Made by a program: the position numbers and the translations under genes. This document shows positions 47,645 to 56,025 of a DNA stretch of 64,000 nucleotides, piece by piece. Within the stretch, counting starts at the first letter, position 1, and each line of letters opens with the position of its first letter. Source of the DNA: a virus; the IMG/VR virus record IMGVR_UViG_3300021197_001931, positions 97,720 to 161,719 of that record. One strand, given 5' to 3'. The notes beneath the pieces were generated by a model. It had not been told where the DNA came from. It was given only the letters and a program-made list of their open reading frames with translations, and searched no databases.

Positions 47645-49124
47645 TGATAGAAGAAGTGAACATGAGCGTTGGAGATTTGGTGGTCGCAATTGAAGCTGCC
47701 TTTGAGGGCGATACTCCCCTGAGTGTTGGGACCACCGGAATTGTAAAGAGAATTGAACAGGGGGGCGCTTTTAACCCTCAAGTTTTAGTATATTGGTCAA
47801 GGTATGGATACCAGAGTTGGGAACACCCCGATTCAGTTAAAGTTGTAAGTTCTACAAAAAAATAATATTTTGATTTTTTGACTCCCTAGTTATTATTGGG
47901 GGCCAATATGTGAGAAGCGCACTAAACATCGCTGGACAGACATTCATAATCAGCGGTTTTGTGTTTTTTTTACTTGCAATTCCTTTATATTACATATACC
48001 CTCCTTTATATACAAATGGAGAGGAACATGTATCTAACTTATTATCCATAAGCAGTTTTGGTTTGTTTTGGACATTCTTTGGTACTTATCCTATGTTTTT
48101 ATCTGTCGCTGTAAAACAAATAAACATAGGCGACTTGGTTAAGTGGGATAAGGAAGTCTTGATTGAGTCAGAATTAGAGGAAGTGTCTGTTGGTATCGTG
48201 GTCGACAAAGATGAAGATGTGCCCATAGGATGGTTTGATGAAGAAGGAGAGAGGCAGACCGTATCAAAATATAAAGTATTTTGGCAAGACTTACACGGTT
48301 GCGGTTGGCATTGGGAAGACGATATTACGCACTACGAGAAAGATAATACAGGTGACTAATAAAAAGTTAAATATAACTCCCACTGAATGGGATCTAGAGT
48401 GGGCCAATTCACTAGGGCCAGGCACAAATATTCGCCCACAGTGCGAAGACTACGAATATCAATTTGATATTGGGGATTTAGTAAAACTAGCGCCTGGCTT
48501 CTCACAGGGGATTGTTAAAACCGGGGATGTTGGAATGGTAACAAAAAAAATTGTTATGTATTGTAGTCAAGTTAAAACTGATGGTCCTGCGTATAAAATA
48601 GCATGGCAAAGAGAAAAAACAAAACCGAGTGACATTAGGGAGTTTAAGCTTGTGCCAGCGAAAAAAAAATGATATAAGACCAGGAGACTTAGTAAGACAC
48701 ATAAGCGACGAATCATGCAATGATTTCGGATTAGGTGTTGTAACTAGTGTCTTTACTATTTCCGCCTCATCGCCATGGGTCGCCAAAGTTTCATGGCAGC
48801 TCTCACCTAAAGTGGTGGTTTATCCTAGCGAGCTTTTTACTTTTGAAGGGCTCGTTGTTGTAAGTTGTCAAAAGTAAAGTATAATTAATTTAAGGCATAT
48901 AATTAATAATGAGAATTAAAATTGGAGATTTAGTAAAATCAAACCACGACAATTCTCACCTACTTGACGTAGGGATCGTAATCGATATAAGGAAGGAGAA
49001 GCGTTTGCCAACTAAGATAAAAATCTATTGGCAAAGATCTAAACTGTGTTCTCCCTGGTTGCGTCCTGGACTTTTTAAAAGAGTGAAGCAAGAAACCCTT
49101 CCCGATGGGGGGCGGGCTCCTTAA
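47644..49124 (+). other. Cluster of five SH3/KOW-like ORFs (47644-47865, 47910-48359 with TM, about 48352-48672, 48629-48877, 48909-49124)
   Basis: Each has [IVP]GDLV, G[IMV]V and V.W-type strands. Confidence 0.6.
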
Positions 49125-49404
49125 GAATTCTTGCCTATGTTTTGTGTTTTAAATAAGCAGTTACGTTGGTAGGTGAGTGCAAGAGTTAGCCCCCCATCCC
49201 ATTATGAGTTTCATACATTCAGGCCAAGATATACGCGACAGAGACAAGATACCTGGAAAGTATTTTGGAAAACATTGGCTTGCCGGCTTGCTGTTCTGGC
49301 TTCAATGCCAATTTATTTGGAAATGCGAATATATTAGGGTTGAATTTTTATTTGAGTACGTTTATTATATAAGGGATGAACAAGCACTGGAGCAAATCTG
49401 TACT

Positions 49405-49689
49405 ATGACTATTGACGTAAGTGAGAATCTACCCATCAAAGAAGCCTGCGAAGCAATGGAGGACTACTTAGATGATTGTAAAATTGACAATGAATATGAT
49501 GTATTCTATAAAGGAGACCCAGCTGGTCTTCGCATTCGTGTTCGGATAGAACGCTATGACGACGACACTCGCGAAGACATAAAGCCATATATCTATCCAT
49601 TCAAGAAGTTCCACGGGTATGACATTGTGATCCTGCATGTCCCCAACGGATATATTGAAGCATTTCCAAAGGACAGGGAGTTGTCATAA
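49405..49689 (+). CDS. Hypothetical protein (start uncertain; frame open from 49177)
   Basis: GGAG upstream of ATG 49405; TAATG overlap with next gene. Confidence 0.45.
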   Translation: MTIDVSENLPIKEACEAMEDYLDDCKIDNEYDVFYKGDPAGLRIRVRIERYDDDTREDIKPYIYPFKKFHGYDIVILHVPNGYIEAFPKDRELS

Positions 49690-50207
49690 TGAATATCTTC
49701 GCTATTGAGCAGGATGAGCAAGGTAACATCGATTGGTCTGCTTCGGCCAAGGCCCAAGATAATTATCGAGTGGTCAAAATGATTCTAGAGTCTTGCCAGA
49801 TGATGTGCACAGCAATTAACATGCAGCACGATGAGCAAGTAACGCCGTATAGAAATGTTCATGCGAAGCACCCATCAACATTGTGGGTTAGAGAGTCTTC
49901 GTCTAATTTTGAATACCTTGTCGAACATACTCTGGCAATGCTGGAGGAATACACAGAAAGGTTTGGAAAGACTCACAAATGTGCTGGTGTGCTAGAAAAG
50001 ATACTTGATGTGTACGACGAGTCACTGTTTCCAAAACAAGAACAGACCAAGCTACCATTGTGTATGCCACAAGAATTTAAATCAGATAATATTGTAGATT
50101 CATATCGACGATTCTATGCAAGCAAGCCTCGTATTCGATACCCTGAAAACAAGATACCTACATGGTTTACAAGGTATAGGGGAGATATCCCTTTCCAGGT
50201 TGTTTAA
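49689..50207 (+). CDS. Pyrimidine-dimer DNA glycosylase (DenV-like family)
   Basis: MNIF, VVKMILESCQM, H.KHPSTLW, EYTERFGK.H, P.CMP, YRRFY. Confidence 0.7.
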   Translation: MNIFAIEQDEQGNIDWSASAKAQDNYRVVKMILESCQMMCTAINMQHDEQVTPYRNVHAKHPSTLWVRESSSNFEYLVEHTLAMLEEYTERFGKTHKCAGVLEKILDVYDESLFPKQEQTKLPLCMPQEFKSDNIVDSYRRFYASKPRIRYPENKIPTWFTRYRGDIPFQVV

Positions 50208-50289
50208 ATGGAATTTAATGTAGTAGTATTAATAATCATATTGTTTTGGTTATGGACTGCACTATTTTAATATAGGGAGAGTTTTTGCT

Positions 50290-50457
50290 GTGAACGTATC
50301 AAGAGACGAACTACAGACCTTGTGTGATGAGTTGGACCGCATGTATAATTTGATGCGCGAGGACTATGATAATGCCGACTATGACCTACTTCGTGTAAAG
50401 ATGCTCGGCTTCTGGAGGGAGTTAAAGTTTTATCTTGACAGCCTTGATACCCTTTGA
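50290..50457 (+). CDS. 55 aa hypothetical protein
   Basis: GGGAG RBS, GTG start; contains the next promoter in its 3' end. Confidence 0.4.
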   Translation: MNVSRDELQTLCDELDRMYNLMREDYDNADYDLLRVKMLGFWRELKFYLDSLDTL

Positions 50458-50478
50458 TATTATGTAGGTGCTTTGTGA

Positions 50479-50706
50479 ATGGACTTAAAGGTTGGTGATT
50501 TAGTTCGCCGTTACAAGTTTGATTGCGTGGAGGGACCAAGGGCCCCTCTTGTAGGAATAATCATAAGGATAGTAGACCAGGCCCCATACCACCGAATGAT
50601 TCATGTTTTGTTTGGTGATAGAATTAGGCGCTATAGTGAGTGTTATGGCGCACAAACCTCCCTAAAGGTGATAAGTGAAACCCATAGAGACCAAGAGGCT
50701 GTGTAA
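50479..50706 (+). CDS. SH3/KOW-like micro-protein
   Basis: LKVGDLVRR..GIII..IHVLF..LKVIS. Confidence 0.6.
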   Translation: MDLKVGDLVRRYKFDCVEGPRAPLVGIIIRIVDQAPYHRMIHVLFGDRIRRYSECYGAQTSLKVISETHRDQEAV

Positions 50707-51040
50707 GAAGTGTAATACTTTCTATGACATAGAAATGTTTCCTGTCAACAACACTTTCCCTGACAGGGTTCTTCGAAAGCACACCTGCAAGAAATGCCGC
50801 TCACACCAGGCAAAGGTGAGAAGGAAGCTGCATAAAGAGAATAAAAGGCCACGCACAATTACTTGTCCTATATGCGGAACACACACTGATAAGCCGGTGC
50901 TTGACCACAATCACACGACAGACAAATTTAGAGGCTGGGTTTGCAATGATTGCAATAATGCTCTTGGCAAATTCAAGGATGACGTGTATACTCTAAAGAA
51001 AGCGATTCGATATCTACAAATAAATAATGGGGGCTCATAG
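50675..51040 (+). CDS. Endonuclease VII-family (His-Me) nuclease
   Basis: CPICG..DHNH.T.KFRGWVCNDCNNALG..DD....AIRYL plus N-terminal CxxC pairs. Confidence 0.85.
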   Translation: MKPIETKRLCKKCNTFYDIEMFPVNNTFPDRVLRKHTCKKCRSHQAKVRRKLHKENKRPRTITCPICGTHTDKPVLDHNHTTDKFRGWVCNDCNNALGKFKDDVYTLKKAIRYLQINNGGS

Positions 51041-51106
51041 CTCAATGGTTAGAGCAGTCCGCTCATAACGGATTGGTTGCAGGTTCAAATCCTGCTGAGC
51101 CTACCA
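51031..51106 (+). tRNA. tRNA with CAT anticodon, most likely tRNA-Ile2 (lysidine); CCA encoded
   Basis: Acceptor GGGCTCA/TGAGCCT, D arm TAGCTCAATGGTTAGAGC, anticodon arm GTCCG-CTCATAA-CGGAT, T loop GGTTCAAATCC. Confidence 0.9.
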
Positions 51107-51167
51107 AAAACTTCTTGACAAATTTAAAAAGATTTGATACTATATAAACAATCAAAAAGGAAAACAA

Positions 51168-51362
51168 ATGCCTCTCATATGCGTTCTAATTCTATTCGTG
51201 ACCCCCTTCTCAATCTTGCTCGCAGGGCTCAATCCCCTCATCAGTGAAGGAGCCCGATTGCTCATCTGGGACCTTTGGCTTGAAAAGGGTATCCCGCTAA
51301 ATATTGGACTAAGTTTTGGCCTCATCATGGGCGCAGAGCTACAAAAGGCTTTTCAAAAATAG
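51168..51362 (+). CDS. Small membrane protein
   Basis: Own promoter and RBS; two hydrophobic segments. Confidence 0.5.
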   Translation: MPLICVLILFVTPFSILLAGLNPLISEGARLLIWDLWLEKGIPLNIGLSFGLIMGAELQKAFQK

Positions 51363-51411
51363 TTCTTGACATTTCCAAATCATTGGGATACAATACAAAA
51401 CAATCAAATGT

Positions 51412-51485
51412 GGACCCATAGCTCAATTAGGCAGAGCATCGGACTCTTAATCCGCAGGTTGAAGGTTCGATTCCTTCTGGGTTCA
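51412..51485 (+). tRNA. tRNA-Lys(CTT), CCA not encoded
   Basis: Acceptor GGACCCA/TGGGTTC, anticodon loop CTCTTAA, T loop GGTTCGATTCC; promoter at 51366. Confidence 0.9.
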
Positions 51486-51515
51486 CTCATTTAAACAAAA
51501 GAAAAGGAAATATAA

Positions 51516-51803
51516 ATGAAGCTTATTAATAATCTAATCGTGCTGCCACTAATTATTGGCCTCGTGAGCTGCCCCATGGCATGCTCTACAGTGTCGCCAG
51601 ATGACGATGACAGTGCAGAAGGAGATGACGATGACAGTGCCGATGAGACTGGAGACGACGACGATAGTGCGATGGCTTCTATGGGAGACGCTCGTATCTT
51701 TGTTGAACGTAATTGCGACGACATGCGTGATAATGATCGCGATGAGTACACCGATTGTGCAGACCCAGACTGCAGCGAGGCGCCAGACTGCAACGGATTT
51801 TAA
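51516..51803 (+). CDS. Exported/lipoprotein with DDDDSA repeats and CDD..DND.D..TDC.D.DC motif
   Basis: Hydrophobic leader with Cys; acidic Ca-binding-like repeats. Confidence 0.65.
   Translation: MKLINNLIVLPLIIGLVSCPMACSTVSPDDDDSAEGDDDDSADETGDDDDSAMASMGDARIFVERNCDDMRDNDRDEYTDCADPDCSEAPDCNGF
51599..51670 (+). repeat. Three imperfect GA(T/C)GACGA(T/C)GA(C/T)AGTGC repeats encoding DDDDSA
   Basis: Visible directly in the sequence. Confidence 0.8.
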
Positions 51804-51868
51804 TTTTTCTGCTTGACAGCAGAAAAGATACTTGATATTATATATTCAACAAATGAAAGGAAAACAAA

Positions 51869-52069
51869 ATGTCAATTCGTGAAAACAACTATTCAACTCG
51901 TAACATGAGCTTCTCAGTCCGACAGGGGGACAATTCAAAGCGTGCAGGGGTCAACCGCTTCACTCTTACAACCTCCTCTGAAGATTGGCAAAGCCCCACT
52001 GCTACGGTGAATATGACTATCCGAGAGGCGCGCTCACTGCAGCGCTTCCTCAATCAGACTCTTTCATAG
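51869..52069 (+). CDS. Small hypothetical protein
   Basis: Own promoter (51813) and AAGGA RBS. Confidence 0.55.
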   Translation: MSIRENNYSTRNMSFSVRQGDNSKRAGVNRFTLTTSSEDWQSPTATVNMTIREARSLQRFLNQTLS

Positions 52070-52204
52070 GGCTTCCTATGGAGGGCGACCAGAGCCATTT
52101 GGCTCTAATCAGTGCTTATAAAATTCTTTTATAACCTTCCTATGAGTTTGGATTTATAAGCTATGTCCCGCAGGGAGGCACGGGGTTACAGGTGCCTCTT
52201 TCCC
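52060..52204 (+). ncRNA. Candidate structured RNA / leader with four consecutive hairpins upstream of lysW
   Basis: Stems at 52060-52085, 52091-52106, 52114-52161 and 52172-52201. Confidence 0.35.
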
Positions 52205-52218
52205 TAGAAAGGTATAAA

Positions 52219-52392
52219 ATGTCAATGGTTCCAGAGTGCCCAGTATGCGGTGCATTAGTCATAATTAATATTGATAATGAGGTGGGGGAACTTATTGATT
52301 GCGAGGAGTGTGAAAGTATGCTAGAAATTCTCTGCATCGACCCCCCGCAGATTGATGAGGCCCCGGAGGAGGAGGAAGATTGGGGTGAGTGA
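52219..52392 (+). CDS. lysW: LysW/ArgW-type amino-group carrier protein
   Basis: CPVCG..GELIDCEEC..LE..APEEEEDWGE; Zn ribbon plus the diagnostic C-terminal EDWGE. Confidence 0.9.
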   Translation: MSMVPECPVCGALVIINIDNEVGELIDCEECESMLEILCIDPPQIDEAPEEEEDWGE

Positions 52393-52435
52393 TAAAATAT
52401 AATGTTTTAACCTAGTTACGATTAGGAGAGCAAAG

Positions 52436-52531
52436 ATGAGGAATAAGGAGCTATGGGCGACATTGCTATCTTTTGCAGTGCTCTCGTTTATGGCGGGGAT
52501 GGTGGCGGGATTAGTCCTCTCTTATCTTTAG
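52436..52531 (+). CDS. 31 aa single-TM peptide
   Basis: AGGAG RBS; MRNKELWATLLSFAVLSFMAGMVAGLVLSYL; CTAGTTA at 52412. Confidence 0.45.
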   Translation: MRNKELWATLLSFAVLSFMAGMVAGLVLSYL

Positions 52532-52546
52532 TATCTATATACTTAC

Positions 52547-53014
52547 ATGGATTACGCAGTCGGGGATTTGTTGAGAGAAGACAAATCTTCTTGGAGTGAC
52601 CTTGCTAATCCTTACTCTTGGAGAGACTATGGGGTGGGGATTATACTAAGTATCGACAAGAAAAAGCAAATAGCTAAGGTTTATTGGTTTGAGGTTGGGG
52701 TAGCATCTATATACAAATTTAGAAACATGGACATGTACCTTGAAGTAATATCTACTGCTAAGTAAATTATTCTTTTGACTTCTCTGTTAACTATATTATA
52801 TGTTTAATGGAGACATGAAATGAATTATCAACCAATACAAAATGGAACAAAAGTAATAGTACATACCATGTTGGAGTCTCGACCTGGGATCATTATGCAT
52901 TCTATCAACATGATGTACAAGATAAAGCTTGACAACGGGAGGGTCGGTTGGTACGGTAGGTACGAGATCGACCCAGACAGGAGTGAAATATGGCGCAGTG
53001 CAAGAAATGCCTAG
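52547..53014 (+). other. Two SH3/KOW-like micro-proteins (52547-52765, 52820-53014)
   Basis: AVGDLL..GVGIIL..AKVYW..LEVIS; NGTKV..PGII..YKIKL. Confidence 0.55.
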
Positions 53015-53187
53015 ACTTCTATTCAGATAAGAGAGAAGCAATTGGATATGACACTTGTTTGCAATGTGGCAGCACCGATTCCGCACGAGAGATTGTTAGA
53101 CGAACACGATGTGTAGCCCCTGCCTTTAACAAGGGTGCGTATCAGTATGTGACTTCTTCTGCGGCTGCAAAGGATGTTGGGAGATAA
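52990..53187 (+). CDS. C4 zinc-finger protein (TraR/DksA-finger-like spacing)
   Basis: CKKC..R.AIG..TCLQC..NKGAYQYV. Confidence 0.55.
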   Translation: MAQCKKCLDFYSDKREAIGYDTCLQCGSTDSAREIVRRTRCVAPAFNKGAYQYVTSSAAAKDVGR

Positions 53188-53416
53188 TATGTTGGATGAT
53201 GCACTTTTGAAAGAAGCGCTGATGCTTCTTCGAGAAGACCCTCCAGAGAGAGGAGACGTTGTATATCATTGTGAGGAGCCAGATGTTCTTGGCCTCGTTG
53301 TCGATGTTAGGGACCCAGGCATTTGGAACAAAGCAGAGATTGTTTGGGAAGGCTCAAACGTTTCTGAATGGCTTTTCACAAAGTGCCTGAAGGTTCTTGA
53401 CAAGGTAGACAACTGA
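53174..53416 (+). CDS. SH3/KOW-like micro-protein
   Basis: RGDVV..GLVVDV..AEIVW..LKVLD. Confidence 0.55.
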   Translation: MLGDNMLDDALLKEALMLLREDPPERGDVVYHCEEPDVLGLVVDVRDPGIWNKAEIVWEGSNVSEWLFTKCLKVLDKVDN

Positions 53417-53623
53417 TTGCGATACTTAAAAGTAACCGCCTATGATAAAGATGCAGGACAACTGTTAGTTGTTTATGTTGAAACTGACCGTGACGACGAG
53501 CGCACCATTAAAATACTACAGGAGATTCATCCTGAATGGGAGGCAATAAATCTTAGGCCAGTAGAAACTTCTTGACTTCTTAAATTCTTTGCGCTATTCT
53601 GTATTCAGAAAGTGGAGGAAGCA

Positions 53624-55184
53624 ATGAAGGTAGGCGACCTAGTGAGGTGCAAAGTGTCTAAAGACCCGAATACAGTGGGAGTGGTTGTCGCCATCATCAG
53701 CGAACCACGCTCAATCGCAGGTTCGCGTGTAGAAGTTATGACGAAGGGTGAAATCCATCAGTGGTCGCCAACGCGATTGGAGGTGCTCAGTGCAGTTTGA
53801 AGTAGGTGATTTGGTTAGGTATTGTTGCAAGTCCAACCATGAAACATACATTGGTATCATTAGCGACCCCGACACCGTAACGTGGTTTTGCGATGGTATA
53901 AAGGAGAACGTGGACAACTATGCGGAATTCCCCTTGGAAGTGATTAGTAAGAATAATCCTTGACTTCTCAGCGGCCTTCCGCTAGACTGTATTCAGAAAG
54001 TGGAGGAAACGATGCAGTTCAAGCCCGGTGATATGGTTCTATTCAAAATGTCTGGCAACGTTGCCATCATTATTCGCAAGGGTGTGAATATGCCAGGGCA
54101 GTCCAACAATGATTGGGTGCTGTGGTCTAACCTACCATACAAGAACAAATACACCAATATATCCGACGCGCGACTGAAGATGCAGGACGTGGAGGTGTTC
54201 AGTGCAAGTAGGTGATTTGGTTATCGTAAAGCTCCCTAGCGTTGTAGAATACCTCGCCATCATCGTTCGTCCCAGCTTCACGCCCTCTGGCAGTGCTCTT
54301 GCTCGCTCTGTTGATGGCAGGTACCCTGGCATGGAGCACTGGGTTGCTCCCTGGAGTTCGGAGGTAATCAGTGGAAGTCGGTGATTTAGTCTTCATGCAC
54401 AATGTAGAGAACTTGGGTATCATTGTTAATAAGAGTTTTAAAGGAATGAAAAGTGTTGACAGCACTGACACATATCAAGTAAAGTGGTTTTACACATTGG
54501 CTGATGACTTCACAGGGTACAAAGGCGCAGGCAATTGGTACTACGAGCATCACATTGGTTCATTAAACGCATATCTAGCAGTGAGGTAACAATGATATAC
54601 CCAGCATTCCGCAAGCGAGGCGAAGAGGTCCAAGTCGGTGACTTGGTGACACACACATCAGACGGCGCCCTCCTCGGCGCTGGCTTGGTAACGCAGGTCT
54701 ACTCTGATATTGACCTAATCAAGGTGCTCTGGAGCAATGGCAACAGAATCGGAGGGTGTAGCCGCCCTTTCTTGAAGGTGCTCAATGAGGGTGGGTAGTC
54801 TAGTAACGTGGAATGATAGCTGCAGGATGGAGCCCGATGTTGGCATACTTTTGGAGACAGCGGAAATTCCATATGAAGATGAGGAGGGCATTGTCATGGC
54901 CTACGATGGCGCACTTGTGATGTGGTCGCAGGCGGCACGCACAGAGTGGGCTCATATCTTAGACGTGGAGGTGGTTAGTGACTCCGGGCAAGCTATATAA
55001 GATTACATATCCAACGGCGAAGATGCTGGTCTCCTCCAGTGACGTTGCAAGAAACAAGTACCTAGGCAGGCCCGTTATGTATCTAGGTCCTCACTTTGAT
55101 GGGGTCGGGCATAGACTGTTGCTCAACGGCAATGTCATAAGCGTTGACCCAGCATTTATTGAATTCTTAGAAGAAATCCCTTGA
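53624..55184 (+). other. Tandem array of eight SH3/KOW-like micro-genes: 53624-53800, 53790-53963, 54012-54215, 54202-54384, 54371-54589, 54592-54798, 54785-55000, 54978-55184
   Basis: Shared [VP]G[DSK][LM][VY] start and mostly (E/K)V[LIFV](S/N) end; starts assigned from GGAGG/AAGG RBS positions. Confidence 0.75.
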
Positions 55185-55242
55185 CCAATTAAATTTTCCT
55201 TGCTATAGTTTAAACACAATCAACAAAGACCTGGAGAGACCA

Positions 55243-56025
55243 ATGGGTTCTTTACCAAATCAAAACGAATGTTCGTATTGTTACAACGCTGGGCACAATA
55301 AGACTACGTGCCCCGTCCGCAAGAAAAGAGTCGAAAAGATAAGGCTCACAGACCCTGAGAACTTGCAGGTCCGTTCGTATGACCATGACCAAGCTTCTCT
55401 CAAGGAAAGTCGAAAGCGTGCTGTTCGCAATCGCAAGTGCTCATTCTGTGAACGACCTGGGCACAATCGTAGGGGATGCCCTTCTCTCAAGGCTGCAAAG
55501 CAAGCTTGCTATGAGGCCAATCGAAGCTTCCGCCCGGTGTTGCTCGAATATATGACACGCATTGGCCTCGCACCAGGGGCGTTGATGGTCCGTTCCGAGA
55601 GTGAATATAATTACGATACTAGGCAGTATGTCTGGCAGAACAAGCACTACATTGTCAAAGGTATCAATTGGGAACTCCTTAACTTTAATTTTGCTGAGGA
55701 GTACGATAACCGCTGCCATATCGACGTGATGTGTATGGCGACTGGTCGAAATATGTCAATGGCCTTGACAAGTGAGCTTGGTTACGATAGACTTCTTTCA
55801 CAGTTTAAGGAGACAGGTGAAGTCAAGAACGGCATTGTAATCAGCCCTGGTCCGATGGCACCCAAGCCGCCGGAAGGATGGCTAAAGTCAACGCCTTCTT
55901 GGTCTAACTTTAATTATCGTTTTAAAGATAAGGAATGGACGATTGATTCATTCGCAAACGGTTACCAGTTCGCCAATGCAGCGGCAACAAAGACCTGGAG
56001 AGAGTTTACACAAAATGACTTCTAA
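55243..56025 (+). CDS. Double CCHC zinc-knuckle protein
   Basis: CSYCYNAGHNKTTC and CSFCERPGHNRRGC. Confidence 0.7.
   Translation: MGSLPNQNECSYCYNAGHNKTTCPVRKKRVEKIRLTDPENLQVRSYDHDQASLKESRKRAVRNRKCSFCERPGHNRRGCPSLKAAKQACYEANRSFRPVLLEYMTRIGLAPGALMVRSESEYNYDTRQYVWQNKHYIVKGINWELLNFNFAEEYDNRCHIDVMCMATGRNMSMALTSELGYDRLLSQFKETGEVKNGIVISPGPMAPKPPEGWLKSTPSWSNFNYRFKDKEWTIDSFANGYQFANAAATKTWREFTQNDF

Noticed and set aside
51031-51106. Initiator or elongator tRNA-Met
   Set aside because: Lacks the initiator GGG/CCC anticodon stem and C1 mismatch; overall sequence resembles Ile2 tRNAs, though elongator Met is not fully excluded
53624-55184. Diversity-generating retroelement acting on the micro-gene array
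   Set aside because: No reverse transcriptase or template/variable repeat pair with adenine-specific differences seen in this window
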